A stretch of DNA of 64,000 nucleotides from Azolla caroliniana. Lineage: Eukaryota; Plantae; Polypodiophyta. Location: positions 12,958,001 through 13,022,000 of the forward strand of contig JBHGNT010000003.1 of NCBI GenBank assembly GCA_043228905.1. Reading direction: 5' to 3'. A program made the translations under genes and the position numbers. Each line of letters opens with the position of its first letter. Position 1 is the stretch's first letter. Shown piece after piece: positions 49,600-62,077 of the stretch. The notes below the pieces were generated by a model, which saw only the letters and a list, made by a program, of their open reading frames with translations, did not search any database and was not told where the DNA came from.

Positions 49600-51543
49600 A
49601 ATCTTCCTCCAAAATGGCCTTGATGTTTGGTTCTGCTTCGGTGTCCGGGTCTAGGGACGACGTAGTGTCTGTAGGCGCGTCGTTGCGTGGTTCCACTACT
49701 TGCTCGGTAGGGCTTCCCATGGTGTCGATGGCTTCTTGTGTGGATAGTTCGGGCTCTGCTGGCTCATCTTGTGCTATTGTGGTTGGTTCAGCCGTTAGCG
49801 GGCTTGCGGTACGTCGAGGTTCTATCTCCTCCGTAACTTCCTCCGTGGTGTCGACCGTAGTCGTACGCTCCGGTGAATGGGGTTGGGGTTCCTCCTAGTC
49901 AACGGTTTCGCTTTCTGGTATCATGGGGGGCTCTGCTTGCCGTTCCGTGCTTTCCACCGTAACGGTTATTTCTGGTGACATGGGCTGAGCTTCCTTTTGT
50001 TCGGTTGTATCCGTAATTGGTATCACGATGGATTCCTCGTTTGTTCGCGTGCTACCGGCTTGCATGATGTGGTGAAACAGGTCCTCTTGACTTTCGCCAA
50101 AATCTTCTAGTAGCTGCGCGAGTTCCTTGGGGTGTTGGTCCGCTAGCATGCGATAGTCCTGTGCTAGGTTCTCGCGTACTACCGTAATGCTTTCCTCATT
50201 GAGTTTGTAAATCCCTCGGCCGTCTTTCCTTCGGTTCTCCTAGTTCGCCCGGTATGTATGCAATTCCGCCGCTTGTGCGGCCCACGCCATCTAGCCTTTG
50301 TCTAGTGTCGTTTTTAATTGCGCCGTAAACCTTTCTCGATTTGTTCGAAGAAGTATGCGCACGTTGTTAGTTATTGCTTGGCAACGGTTGCGTGCTTCTT
50401 CTACGGTTTTCTTGAGGTTTTCGATTTCTTGTTTACTAACTGCCGCCGCTTCGAATGTAATTCTTCCAGCTTTCCCATTTCATTGTTCAGGCGGATTTCG
50501 AGTTGATGCCTCCTCTTCTATTCCCCTACCAGCTGCTCGTCGAACCATGCTTTCTTCTTGTCTAATAACGCCCGGAGTCCTGTAATCACCGCTTCCAATT
50601 TTTTCGCTTCCTCCCATAGTTTGGCATTTTCTTCTTTCGTGCGGGTGTGTTGTGTTGCCTCCGCTACGAGTTTTTCTTCAACGATCTTCACTACCTTTCG
50701 GCCGTTTGCCCGAATGTCCTTTTCTCTGTCCGAGGACTAGCGAAGTTCAGATCAGAGACGGTCAATCTCTGATTCCGCCAGTTGCACGACCTATTTTGCT
50801 TTCGAGGCAATGGCGGTCTGGGCTTCAATTTCTTCTCTCAAGGCCTCGGCGGCGTTGGCTGCTGGTTGAGCTGCTTGTCGCGCCGTAGTCGCGTTACGTT
50901 CCAACTCTGCGATGCGTGCGTTGGCCTTTTGTAGCTCAGCTTTGGTCAGTTTAACAATCTTCTAGACATTTTTATTTTTAATCGCCATATCCTTGGTGCC
51001 CATACTGACCTTCGCCAATTCCCTATGGACTTCAACAAGGGCCGCGTTTAATGGGGGTAGTTCCATCCCCATTCGGCGTATATCGGCGTTCCGTTGTCTG
51101 CCAACTCTGGCAAACTGCTCCTCATCATCGCTTTCCGCCGTTTGTGTTAGCGCGCGCTCGATCATTTGGCGCTCCGCGTGCTCCTCGGACATTCATTGTG
51201 AGCCATATATTTGCTGTGTTGCCAAAAATTCCATGAGTTCAAAAGTGGTTCAGAACTGTCATAGTGCGCCGAACTCATGGGCCGTATCCGGAATGTCCGG
51301 ATACGCCATGACCTTGCTTTCCACCGTAAATACGCCTTTCCCCCACTGTGATTAGGCCATAATGATCGGCCGTGGTTCCCGGATTATTTCGAAGGTGGTG
51401 TTGGGCTCCGTAGCTACGGAGCTGTCAAACACGGTCGTCGTCAGATATTGTTGTACGATAGGCCTTAGTTTTTTGCCTCCTTGATATGCGTGTAGGCCTT
51501 CCCGTAACGCTGGTCCCGTAATGACCCCCCAAATCGACCATAC
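49600..51543 (-). pseudogene. C-terminal part of Gypsy extra ORF (helical/coiled-coil-like region, then E/T/P-rich tail)
   Basis: WGVITGPALREGLHAYQGGKKLRPIVQQYLT matches 33750-33840; fragments 50962-51192 and 49895-50149. Confidence 0.7.
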
Positions 51544-52294
51544 TAACAAGAATGCACGCTCCCTTTCCACAACACTCGGACACAACCGAGTCTAAAATCA
51601 AACACAGAAAACGGGGAATGAAAAACACGACACAAAGGAGAGAAGAGTACACAGGATGTTTAACGTGGAAAACCCTAAGAGGGAAAAACCACGGGAGTCC
51701 ACAGACTCCAAACTATCACTATATCACAATGATTACAACAGTGAGCTCACGGAGGCAATGATCTCGCGCTCTCGATCTTCGCCACAGGCGGCGGTTACAA
51801 CAGAGGCAACGACCTCTTCCTCTCTCTCTCTCTCTCTCTGTACACGGTTACGCGCTCTCTAGTCTTGCGCCAACAAGAATGACAACAACGTACAACTAAG
51901 GTTTGCCCTAAGTCATATTTATACTAATATGACTTTTCGGCTATTTACAAATATAGCCCCGATGGACTCTCAAAAAACATATTTACGAATATGTCCCTTC
52001 ATCCAGTGAGCACTCCTCACCGGGCTTGCATCATCCGGCGCTTGCCGGGCACACTTCATCTGGTTCTCATCGGGTTTTCATCATCCGGCGCTTGCCGGGC
52101 ACACTTCATCTGGTTCTCATCGAGTCTTCCATTACCGGGTACACTTCATCCGGTTCTCACCGGGTCTTCCGTTGCCGGGTACTCTTCATCCGGTTCTCAC
52201 CGGGTCTTCACCATCCGGCTCTTGCCGGGTACTCGTCATCCGGTTTCTTCTCATTTCCCATCCGGAGGGACCTGTTTCCTAACAAACTCCCCCT

Positions 52295-55200
52295 TCACTC
52301 CGGCATGGGATGTCTTACTAGTCCGATCCGCTTCTGGCATGCATCTAGCTTATCGGGTATCAGCACTTTGGTCAGCATATCTGACCCGTTCTCGGCCGTG
52401 TCGATCTTTGTAAGCGCGAACTCCTGGTCATCTACTCTTTCCCAGATCCAGTGATACCTTCGCTAGATATGCTTCGTTCGGGAATGGTAGGCCGCATTCT
52501 TAGCAAGGTGGATGGCACTTTGACTGTCACAATAGAGCCGGTATTCATCTTGCCCGATATCGAGCTCTCCCATGAAGTCCTTCATCCATAATATTTCCTT
52601 TCCGGCTTCCACAACCGCCATGTACTCTGCCTCCGTGGTTGACAACGCAACCGTCTTCTGCAACCTCGAATGCCACGAAACAGCTCCCCCTGCATATGTC
52701 ATTACATACCTGGATGTAGACCGGCTGGTATCCACATCAGCCGACATGTCCGAATCGGTAAAACCGTCAAGTTGAGGTTTTCCGGAGCCGAATTGGAGAC
52801 ACATATTTGAAGTGCCCTTCAAGTACCGGAGTATCCATTTGACCGCGTTCCAGTGCTCCTTCTCGGGATTGCTCATAAACCGGCTCACCACTCCGACTGC
52901 GTATCCTATATCCGGTCGGGTACACACCATTGCGTACATTAAGCTCCCGACGGCAGAGGCATATGGAACCTTCATCATATCAACCTTCTCTGCTTTCGTC
53001 TTCGGGCTTTGCTTACCGGATAATCTGTAGTTTGCCGGGAGTGTTGATCCAACCGGTTTCGCTTCTAACATGTTGAACCGCTGCAACACCTTTGTCACGT
53101 ACTTCTCTTGTGACAGCCACAATTGCTTCATTGACCGGTCCCAGATAATATGCATCCCCAGCATCTGTCTTGCCGGACCCAAGTCTTTCATTTCGAAAGT
53201 TCGATTTAAAGCCTTCTTCAGCATCCGTATTCTGGCTTGGTCCCGTTCGACAATCAACATGTCATCCACGTACAGAAGGAGTATCAAGAAGTCGCCTCCT
53301 TCGAACTTCTTCACAAACACTCAGTGATCGGCCTGCGTCTTGTGGTACCCTTGATCTGTCATGAAGGAGTCGAACTTCCGGTACCATTGTCGGGGAGCCT
53401 GCTTCAGTCCGTACAAGCTCTTCTTCAACCGGCAAACCAAGTGCTCCTTCCCTTTCTCCACGAATCCTTCCGGTTGCTGCATGTAGATCTCCTCTTCGAG
53501 GTCATTGTGAAGAAATGTCGTCTTCACGTCCAACTGCTCTACCTCGAGGTCCATGCTTGCCACTATACTCAGCACCGTCCGGATGGAGGTCATCTTTACT
53601 ACCGGGGCAAATATGTCGTTGAAGTCCGCACCCTTCTTCTACTGGAACCCCTTCACCACAATCCTGGCTTTGTATCTCGGGGGGTTGCCGACATCTCCCG
53701 GTTTCAACTTGTACACCCACTTGTTTCGGAGTGCCCGCTTTCCTTTCGGCAACTCCACCAATTTGTACGTATGGTTCTCATGCAGGGAATCCATCTCATC
53801 CTGCATGGCACTTAACCATTTGCGGCTATGGGCGTCACTTTTAGCTTCCTCGAAGTTTTCTGGCTCCCCTTCATCAGTCAGCAGCACATGCTCTGCATCC
53901 GGAAATCTCCGGGGAGCCCTTCTCTCTCTGAGAGGGTATTTCCGTCTTTGGGCTTCGGTAAATGGCTCCTCCATTTGCTCTTCATCCGAATTCGATTCGG
54001 GGTCTTGGCCGGTTCCGGTTTCAGCTTCCTCTACTTCTTCTTCTGTCGGTTCGGTATCCTCACCGTAACCGGTTGGTTCCTCGAGTGCTAACCGGTCTCT
54101 TGTCGGTTGGGTCTGCTCATCGTAGAATCGATCCTTACAGGTCGACTCGGAGTTCATTATCTTCTTCTCCGAATCCTAGTCGGCGAGCATCTTGTCCTCC
54201 ATGAAGATAATATCTCGACTCCGGAATACCTTCTTGTCGACCAGGTCCCACACTCGGTAGCCGAACTCATCATCACCGTAACCGAGGAATATGCATGGTC
54301 GGGTCTTTGGATCTAATTTTCCTCTTTGGTCCTTAGCTACATGCACGTACGCGAGACACCCGAACACCTTCAGATGCCGGTAGGACACTTCCTTACCGAT
54401 CCATACTCTCTGCGGCGTGTCTCCGTCCAAGGGTACTGAGGGTGATCTCTTTTTAACATATGTCGCCGTCGATAGTGCCTCAGCCCAAAACTTCTTGGGT
54501 AGTATTGCATGCGCCAGCATACTCAGGACCCTCTCCATTATGGTCCGGTTCATCCTCTCGGCCAGCCTGTTTAGTTCTGGCGTTTTCGGCATGGTAAATT
54601 CGAGCCGGATTCCCTTCGAGTGACAGTACTCCTTGAACTGCCCCCGGTATTCACCTCCGTTATCTGCTCGAACCGTCTTCAGCTTCCGGCCGGTTTCTCT
54701 TTCCACTTTCGCGTGGAGCTCTTTGAAGACAGATAGCACCTGATCCTTCGTCTTCAACGGTGTGGCCCACAGCTTCCGGCTGTGGTCATCTATGAACGTC
54801 ACGAAGTACTGCGATCCTGCATGTGACTTTGTGTCCACTTGACACACATCAATATGCACCAACTCCCATGGTGCATTACGTCTCATCGGTGGCCTTGGTC
54901 GGAAGGAGGTCTGGTTTTGCTTACCGGCCAAACAATCAGTGCACTTCTCCAAGTGCACCTTCTTCATTGGAATGAGGTTGTCATCTGCAAGCCTCTTCAT
55001 CCCCTTCTCGCTCATGTGACACAGCCTTTTGTGCCACAGCTCACCGGCAGTGTCGGATGCCATGTTCACTTCCTCCGGACATAACCGGGCATTCATCAGG
55101 TACAACGTGTTTACCTTCCGGGCCCGAGCCACAATCAGGCTCCCTTTGCTGAACTTCATAACACTGTTCCGGATGCTACCCGTGTAGCCTTTATCATGTA

Positions 55201-56326
55201 GCCGACCGGCTGATATCAAGTTCAGACGAACCTCCGGAACGTGTCGGACATCCTTCAGCAGCAACTTGCATCCGGTTGGTGTTGTCAGCCACACGTCTCC
55301 TATGCCGACAATTCGGCAGGTACCTTCATTCCCCATCTGGACACAGTCGTGATCACCGGCTGAGTAGGATGAGAAGCATTTCCGGTCAGGGGTAAGGTGG
55401 AACGACGCTCCAGAGTCGACAACCTAGGTCATCTCGTCGCTGACAAGGTTTATCTCACTCTCCTCGGTGATGAACATCAACTCTTCTTCGCTTGCCGCGA
55501 TTGCCGTCGTTCCCTTCCGGTCTTTACCGTTCCGGTCCGGTGTCCGCTTCGAATCGGTACCATTGGTTTCCTTGTTTTTTTGGAAATGTCGACAGTTCTT
55601 CTGGAAGTGTCCCGACTTGCCGTAATAGAAGCAAGTCGGCCTCTCCCTTGACTTTGACCGTGTCCCTGACTTTTCCCGGTTCTGGGGACTCCGGTTCCTT
55701 TGTCTTCCGCGTTCTGATTCGGTAAGGAGCGCTTTGGAGTCGGAGCTCGTATCCTTATCTTTCCGACGCGCCTCCTCATCTAGCAAGCTCGACTTCACTC
55801 TTTCTAGGGATAACCGTTTTCCTTCCTGCCCGGCGTTGCCCAAGGTGACAACCAACATCTCCCAGTTATCTGGGAGGGAACCGAGCAGGAGTAGTGCTAG
55901 TACCTCATCAGGAAGAGGTACTTCCAATGATGTTGCTTGGTGGATCAGCCCCTGGAAGGCATTCATGTGCTCCGCCATGCTGGAGCCATCTTTGTACCGG
56001 AGTCTTACTAGCTTCCGAAATACCGAAACCTGATTAACAACATTTTTGTTTTGAAACATAATGTCGATCTTCTCCCAGAGCTCATGAGCCTTGCTCTCTT
56101 CATTGAAGTTGTTGTATAGACTCATGTCGATGAACCACCGTATGTAAGCCGTTGTCTTCATGTGCATCACCTCCCATATTGCGACGTCGATTTTGTCCGG
56201 TCTCTTGTCCCCGAACTGAACCGGCAGCCAAAGGTCTTTAACCACGAGGATGTCCCTCATCTTCGACTTCCACACCAAATAGTTGGAGCCGGTGACCTTG
56301 AACATGCCTCCCAACGAATCGTCCAT
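52295..56326 (-). pseudogene. pol: Copia gag-pol with premature stops
   Basis: ORFs 55424-56449, 54176-55336, 53639-54157, 53321-53593, 52463-53320 (LYVDD retained). Confidence 0.93.
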
Positions 56327-56630
56327 TTTTTTGTGTTGCCTCGCTGTAATACCACTTTGACAGGAATGCACGCTCCCTTTCCACAACACTCGGCCACAAC
56401 CGAGTCTAAAATCGAACACAGAAAACGGGGAATGAAAAACACGACACAAAGGAGAGAAGAGTACACAGGATGTTTAACGTGGAAAACCTTGAGAGGGAAA
56501 AACCACGGGAGTCCATAGACTCCAAACTATCACTATATCACAATGATTACAACAGTGAGCTCATGGAGGCAACGACCTCGCACTCTCGATCTTCACCACA
56601 GGCGGTGGTTACAACAGAGGCAACGACCTC

Positions 56631-56683
<53 letters not shown>

Positions 56684-56839
56684 ACACGGTTACGTGCTCT
56701 CTAGTCTTGCGCCAACAAGAATGACAACAACATACAACTAAGGTTTGCCCTAAGTCATATTTATACTAATATGACTTTTCGGCTATTTACAAATATAGCC
56801 CCGATGGACTCTCAAAAAACATATTTACGAATATGTCCC

Positions 56840-57075
56840 TTCATCCGGTGACCACTCCTCACCGGGCCTGCATCATCCGGCGCTTGCCGGGCACAGTTCA
56901 TCCGGTTCTCACCGGGTCTTCCATTGCCGGGTACACTTCATCCGGTTCTCACTGGTTCTTCCGTTGCCGGGTACACTTCATCCGGTTCTCACCGGGTCTT
57001 CCGTTGCCAGGTACTCTTCATCCGGTTCTCACCGGGTCTTCACCATCCGACTCTTGCCGGGTACTCGTCATCCGG
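56840..57075. repeat. ~39-bp CCGG-rich tandem repeats in U3 (also about 52000-52245)
   Basis: Repeated CTTCATCCGGTTCTCACCGGGTCTTCCGTTGCCGGGTAC. Confidence 0.85.
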
Positions 57076-57418
57076 TTTCTTCTCATTTCCCATCCGGAGG
57101 GACCTGTTTCCTAACACATGCACCCTTCAAAGGTATCAATGATGATAACTGCCTTCTGCTTGGGCATCCCATATGCATTTACATGTACGCATCTGACCTC
57201 CAACAAGAACTTGGCTATTTTGTGAAAAAAGGGGTCGGGGATTTCCTTCGTTTTTTATGCCTTGGCGGATGCTGAATATGGCTCGAAATATCTCTACAAA
57301 GTTTTCGCAAGAGGAATTTCGAAATGCCTTTCTCCTAGGGATGACAGGTCAAGCTTTTTCCGAATGGATGTGTTGGTGACTGTGTCGATATTGAGCTTCC
57401 TAGCGATGTCCGGTGCGT

Positions 57419-60400
57419 TGTCGTAGTGTGAAACACACACTACGTGAAATAAGTAAAATACTATATCTAATTTAAAGTAAGTATAATAAATAAAATAAAA
57501 TATTAAAAAATATTTATTACATGCATAGGGCAAGATTCAAACCCTATACCTCCACGTAGACAAACCCCAACCTTACCATTGTACTAACTTATCCTTAGTG
57601 TTTTAAATATAGATTTAATACCTATAAGACCTTCATTTACACCTACCTTTATTAAAAAGGTAAGTCATGCATTTTTAGAGTGCGTGAATACTTTATTTAT
57701 AAGAAAAGTGTAAACCAATAAAATATTACTCGTGCACATCTAGCGAGCATGAGCATTATATTTAGGAAATAAAAGCATAGTGTAAAAAGCAACTCATGCA
57801 CATTTAGTGTGCATGAACACTTTTGAAAAAAGCATAGAGTCTATCTATAGAAAAAGCATGGATTGTTAAGACTCTCTCATCACTATATAAGGATGAGGAG
57901 CACAATGTATGTGTTTGAAATATTTGGAAATTGGATATATTTCCTAAAACACCAATTAACAAACTATATTCGTGGGATTCATGAAATAATCTATACTTGT
58001 GAGATTCACAAGTTCTTTTTAATCTTTTTCTTTCAATCTAAATACATATTCTTATCTAAATATTGATTAATCGAATACAATACACTCGTGGGATTCACGA
58101 GATTTCTATCTCTCTTTCTAATAATCTATCCATAACTATAAACTTGTCTCAAATTCTTCCTCTTCCTAGTTCAAAACCCCAGCGGTTCCCACCCGACTCA
58201 CGCAACGATCTGGCGCTGAAAGGCACGACACCAGTTGGTGAACCTAACGTGAAGACGGGTGGCAAGGACATAGAGAATCAACAAGAAGTGATGAACATGA
58301 TGATGATGATGATTGAGTGGATGCAACAAGAACAACGTGCGATGTTGGAGATGAAGGCGACAATAGAGCGGCTTCTGCGACGAAATGGGGAATTCAATGG
58401 AAAGGATGTGTCACGCTATCTATGTGACTAGAAGGTGGAGATGATGCGATGTGGGGTACCGGAAGGATTGCAAGTGATATCCTTCAGTCGGGTGGCCACG
58501 GATGAGCTACAAGAGAGAATCCACAAGATACGGCAACAAAACTCGACATGGGGGCCATTCGAAGAAGCCTTACAAGAGGCATATGGTTACAAGAGATCAA
58601 AGGGATAAGATCGGCGAGAATTCGACGAATGGGTGGCATCGGAGAAGACCCACCGAAGTGCAACACAAGCATTCCTAGAGTTTGAGCATCGTTTTGCTCG
58701 ACTCTCGAAGTGGGAACAAAGATTGGTGGGGGAGGATAAAGTCCTAATGTTCGTAAGATCGATCGATAAAAAAGAAAGGATGGACATCGGGATCGAACTC
58801 GAAGATGAATACGGTGCAAATGGCCTTACCGAGGATTGGGCTGAAGTCGAAAGAGTATGCCAAAGACATGATAAGAGGAAGATGAGAATATCGTCGGCAA
58901 CAACATGGCCTGTAAGGGATGACCGATTAAGGATGAACGATGTGACTGATACAAAGGCCGAAGTACGATTCAACGGTACCACGAGAGAGAGTGTGGAACA
59001 AGACACCCTCTTGTCTTGTGAAAGAACGAGGACGAAGGATAAGGCCGATAAGCTAAGAGTGGCGACCGTCACTTCAAGTGTAGAAGAAGATTTTGGAATA
59101 CAAGTATCTGAAACATCGGGTGAAAAAGGGGTAAGCATAATCGATGCTTGCATGATCGAGGGAGATAAAGAGTGCGAGGTGGAATTGATTCAGGAGGTCG
59201 CCACGAAAGATGACATCGAAACGGAGGTGGCTATGGACGAATCAATGGCGGATGGCCCTATGAAGACTTTCCCACCACTAGTTCTAGAGACTTCGACGGT
59301 TGCGTTCGAAAGGCAACATGAGACCGAAGAGACGGAAGGTGGCGGAGAGAAAACGAAGGCCAAAGCTGATACATACAACGGAGAGTTAGCCAAGAAGGTG
59401 GATATGCGTGAAACGACGGAGAACAATAATACCGAGGATTCCTGCCCACTAATCCTAGAGACTTCGGCAGTTGTGTCCGAGAAGCAACATGAGACCGGAG
59501 AGACGGGAGGTGGCGGCAAGGAAGGTAAAGTTGGAAGCCGGTTCGGATGGAAGATGATCCGGACGGAATTCCAATCCGAAAGAAAGCTGACCCGAAAGGG
59601 GGTCGACTCGATCAAAACCGATCGACCGAGTCCGATTCGGCCGAACGCGAATACGGATGGAAGCCAACCTAGCTGAAAGTCGATCGGACGAGACCGATCC
59701 AGAAAGAAGCTAATCCGACTTAGTCGGAGGTTGAACCGGTTGAGGCCGGTGAAAACGAGGAAAAGAAAGCCAACCGAAACTGAAACCGATAGATCGAAAC
59801 CGACCCAAAAGGGGGCTGAATCGGTAAAAACCGATCAACCGAGTTCGAATCGGCCGAATATGAATCCTATCGGAAGCCAATTCAACCGAACACCGATCAG
59901 ACAAGACCGATCCAAAAAGAAGCTAATTCGACACAACCGAAGGTCGAAGCAATCGAGGCCAGTGAACACGAGGAAGACGCCAAACAGGCACACTACCACA
60001 GACGACAAGGGCCAAGCGGATTTGAAGGGTATTATTAATGATGAGATCTTAACAAAGACGGTGAGCTCTAACATGAAAATGATCAACTCTAACACGAGAT
60101 TATACGACAAAGGTGAACAAAGTGGGAAGCATGGCACATGCACAAGACAAGAAGGGTTATGCTCAAGAGGATCACAAGGAGCCATGACAACCGGCCATGG
60201 CAATGCAAAGAGAGAACAAAGAATATGGTGGATCGGATAACGACAATGGTTCGGGTGGAAAGAATGGATGTGCTCAAAATGGAGAGACAAAGTCGACATA
60301 GCAAGAGAAATGGAGGGGATTGCGAGTAAAGGAGAAATACGACAACCGGCAATCGGTAAGCAGGCGGAGCAAGCAACTGAAAACCGGAAACCGGGCGGAG

Positions 60401-61320
60401 CCGGCAACCAAGCACGACCGGCGATGAAACCAACCGGGCGGAGACCGAATGGACGAGACTAACAATCACCGACAACTTCGGCACATACCGGAGGATGTGC
60501 GGGTTCGGAGGGGGCGAGTGTCGTAGTGTGAAACACACACTACGTGAAATATGTAAAATACTATATCCAATTTAAAGTAAGTATAATAAATAAAATAAAA
60601 TATTAATAAAATATTTATTACATGCATAAGGCAAGATTCAAACCTTGTACCTCCACGTAGACAAACCCCAACCTTACCATTGTACTAACTTATCCCTAGT
60701 GATTTAATACCTATAAGACCTTCATTTACGCCTACCTTTATTAAAAAGGTAAGTCATGCATTTTTAGAGTGCGTGAATACTTTATTTATAAGAAAATTGT
60801 GAACCAATAAAATATTACTCGTGCACATCTAGCGAGCATGAGCATTATATTTAGGAAATAAAAGCATAGTGTAAAAAGCAACTCATGCACATTTAGTGTG
60901 CATGAACACTTTTGAAAAAAGCATAGAGTCTATCTATAGAAAAAACATGGATTGTTAAGACTCTCTCATCACTATATAAGGATGAGGAGCACAATGTAAT
61001 GTGTGTGAAATATTTGGAAATTGGATATATTTCCTAAAACACCAATTAACAAACTATATTCGTGGGATTCACGAAATAATCTATACTTGTGGGATTCACA
61101 AGTTCTTTTTAATCTCTTTCTTTCAATCTAAATACATATTCTTATCTAAATATTGATTAATCGAATACAATACACTCGTGGGATTCACGAGATTTCCATC
61201 TCTCTTTCTAATAATCTATCCATAACTATAAACTTGTCTCAAATTCTTCCTCTTCCTAGTTCAAAACCCCAGCGGTTCCCACCCGACTCACGCAACGATC
61301 TGGCGCGGAAAGGCACGACA
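57419..61320 (+). mobile_element. Non-autonomous gag-only LTR element (TR-GAG-like), Trp PBS, 4-bp TSD GCGT/ACGT
   Basis: LTRs 57419-58230 and 60519-61320 (TGTCGT...CACGACA), PBS TGGTGAACCTAACGTGAA 58236-58253, PPT 60507-60518, no pol motifs. Confidence 0.92.
58291..59676 (+). pseudogene. gag: gag with stops followed by acidic low-complexity extension
   Basis: FNGKDVSRYL and GLTEDWAEVERVC are homologous to FNGEDVTRFL and GLVSDWAQVLEAC at 12511-13860; no zinc knuckle. Confidence 0.8.
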
Positions 61321-61324
61321 ACGT

Positions 61325-61616
61325 CAGGGTGGGGAGGTGCCTTAGCGACTCTGATGTATCCATCCAAGCGTTTCTCCACGAGCCATCGTCGCATGGCGGC
61401 AAAAATAGGTATCGGTATAGTCGGATGGTTAGGCTCGTGACTAATAGGTGAGGACTTTTGGCTATGGCGAGCTTGAGCTTTGTGATAGGATGGAGATGAG
61501 GGTGAGGGAGGGGAGCGATGAGAGCGATGAAAATTAGAAGGCTGGTTTCTGTACTGTGTAGAAAACCTTCTATTTCCTTCTTTTTGTGGCCTAGGGTTCA
61601 TTGGTCGGTGAGCCAT
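61325..61616 (-). pseudogene. N-terminal part of Gypsy extra ORF (continues at 57414-57122)
   Basis: MAHRPMNPRP...LDGYIRVAKAPPHPD joins APDIARKLNIDTVTN when the insertion is removed. Confidence 0.75.
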
Positions 61617-62077
61617 CGTGGTGCCACGTGTTCTTGGCCTAGAAGTTTGTGCATGCCTTAAGTCCTTTTAATAACATCGCTATCTTCTCTTCTTCTTCTT
61701 TTTTTCGTAATGGTTATATACAATATTCTTTTTACACTATAGTACAAATGGAGCCCCATACTTACTCCGCGGATTTCCCGGCTTTGTCCTGTTCGGTGAG
61801 GAATGGGTTAGGTGGCGTAGGTCCCAGATAAGGTGTAAGGCGAACCCCATTCACTTTTTGTTGTAACACTTCCCCGGCCAACGTGCCAAGTTGAAACGTA
61901 CCCTGTTCTGCTCCCACTATCTAGTACGGGCCTGTCCAGTGGAATCTTAATTTTCCTGGCATATCCCTGGCATATCCCCATGCCTGTTTGGAAAACTAAT
62001 ACTGCTTTCCCAACCGTAAAATCTTTTTTCCGTGCATGCCGGTGTCGGTCCACGAATGCTTTGCGCCGCCGCCGTTC

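Larger units (their letters stand above)
51544..57116 (-). mobile_element. Full-length Tnt1/Tork-like Copia element, TSD CATAC/CATGC
   Basis: LTRs 51544-52284 and 56358-57116, PPT 52285-52297, degenerate Met PBS 56343-56354. Gag-pol is closely related to 14409-19885. Confidence 0.96.
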
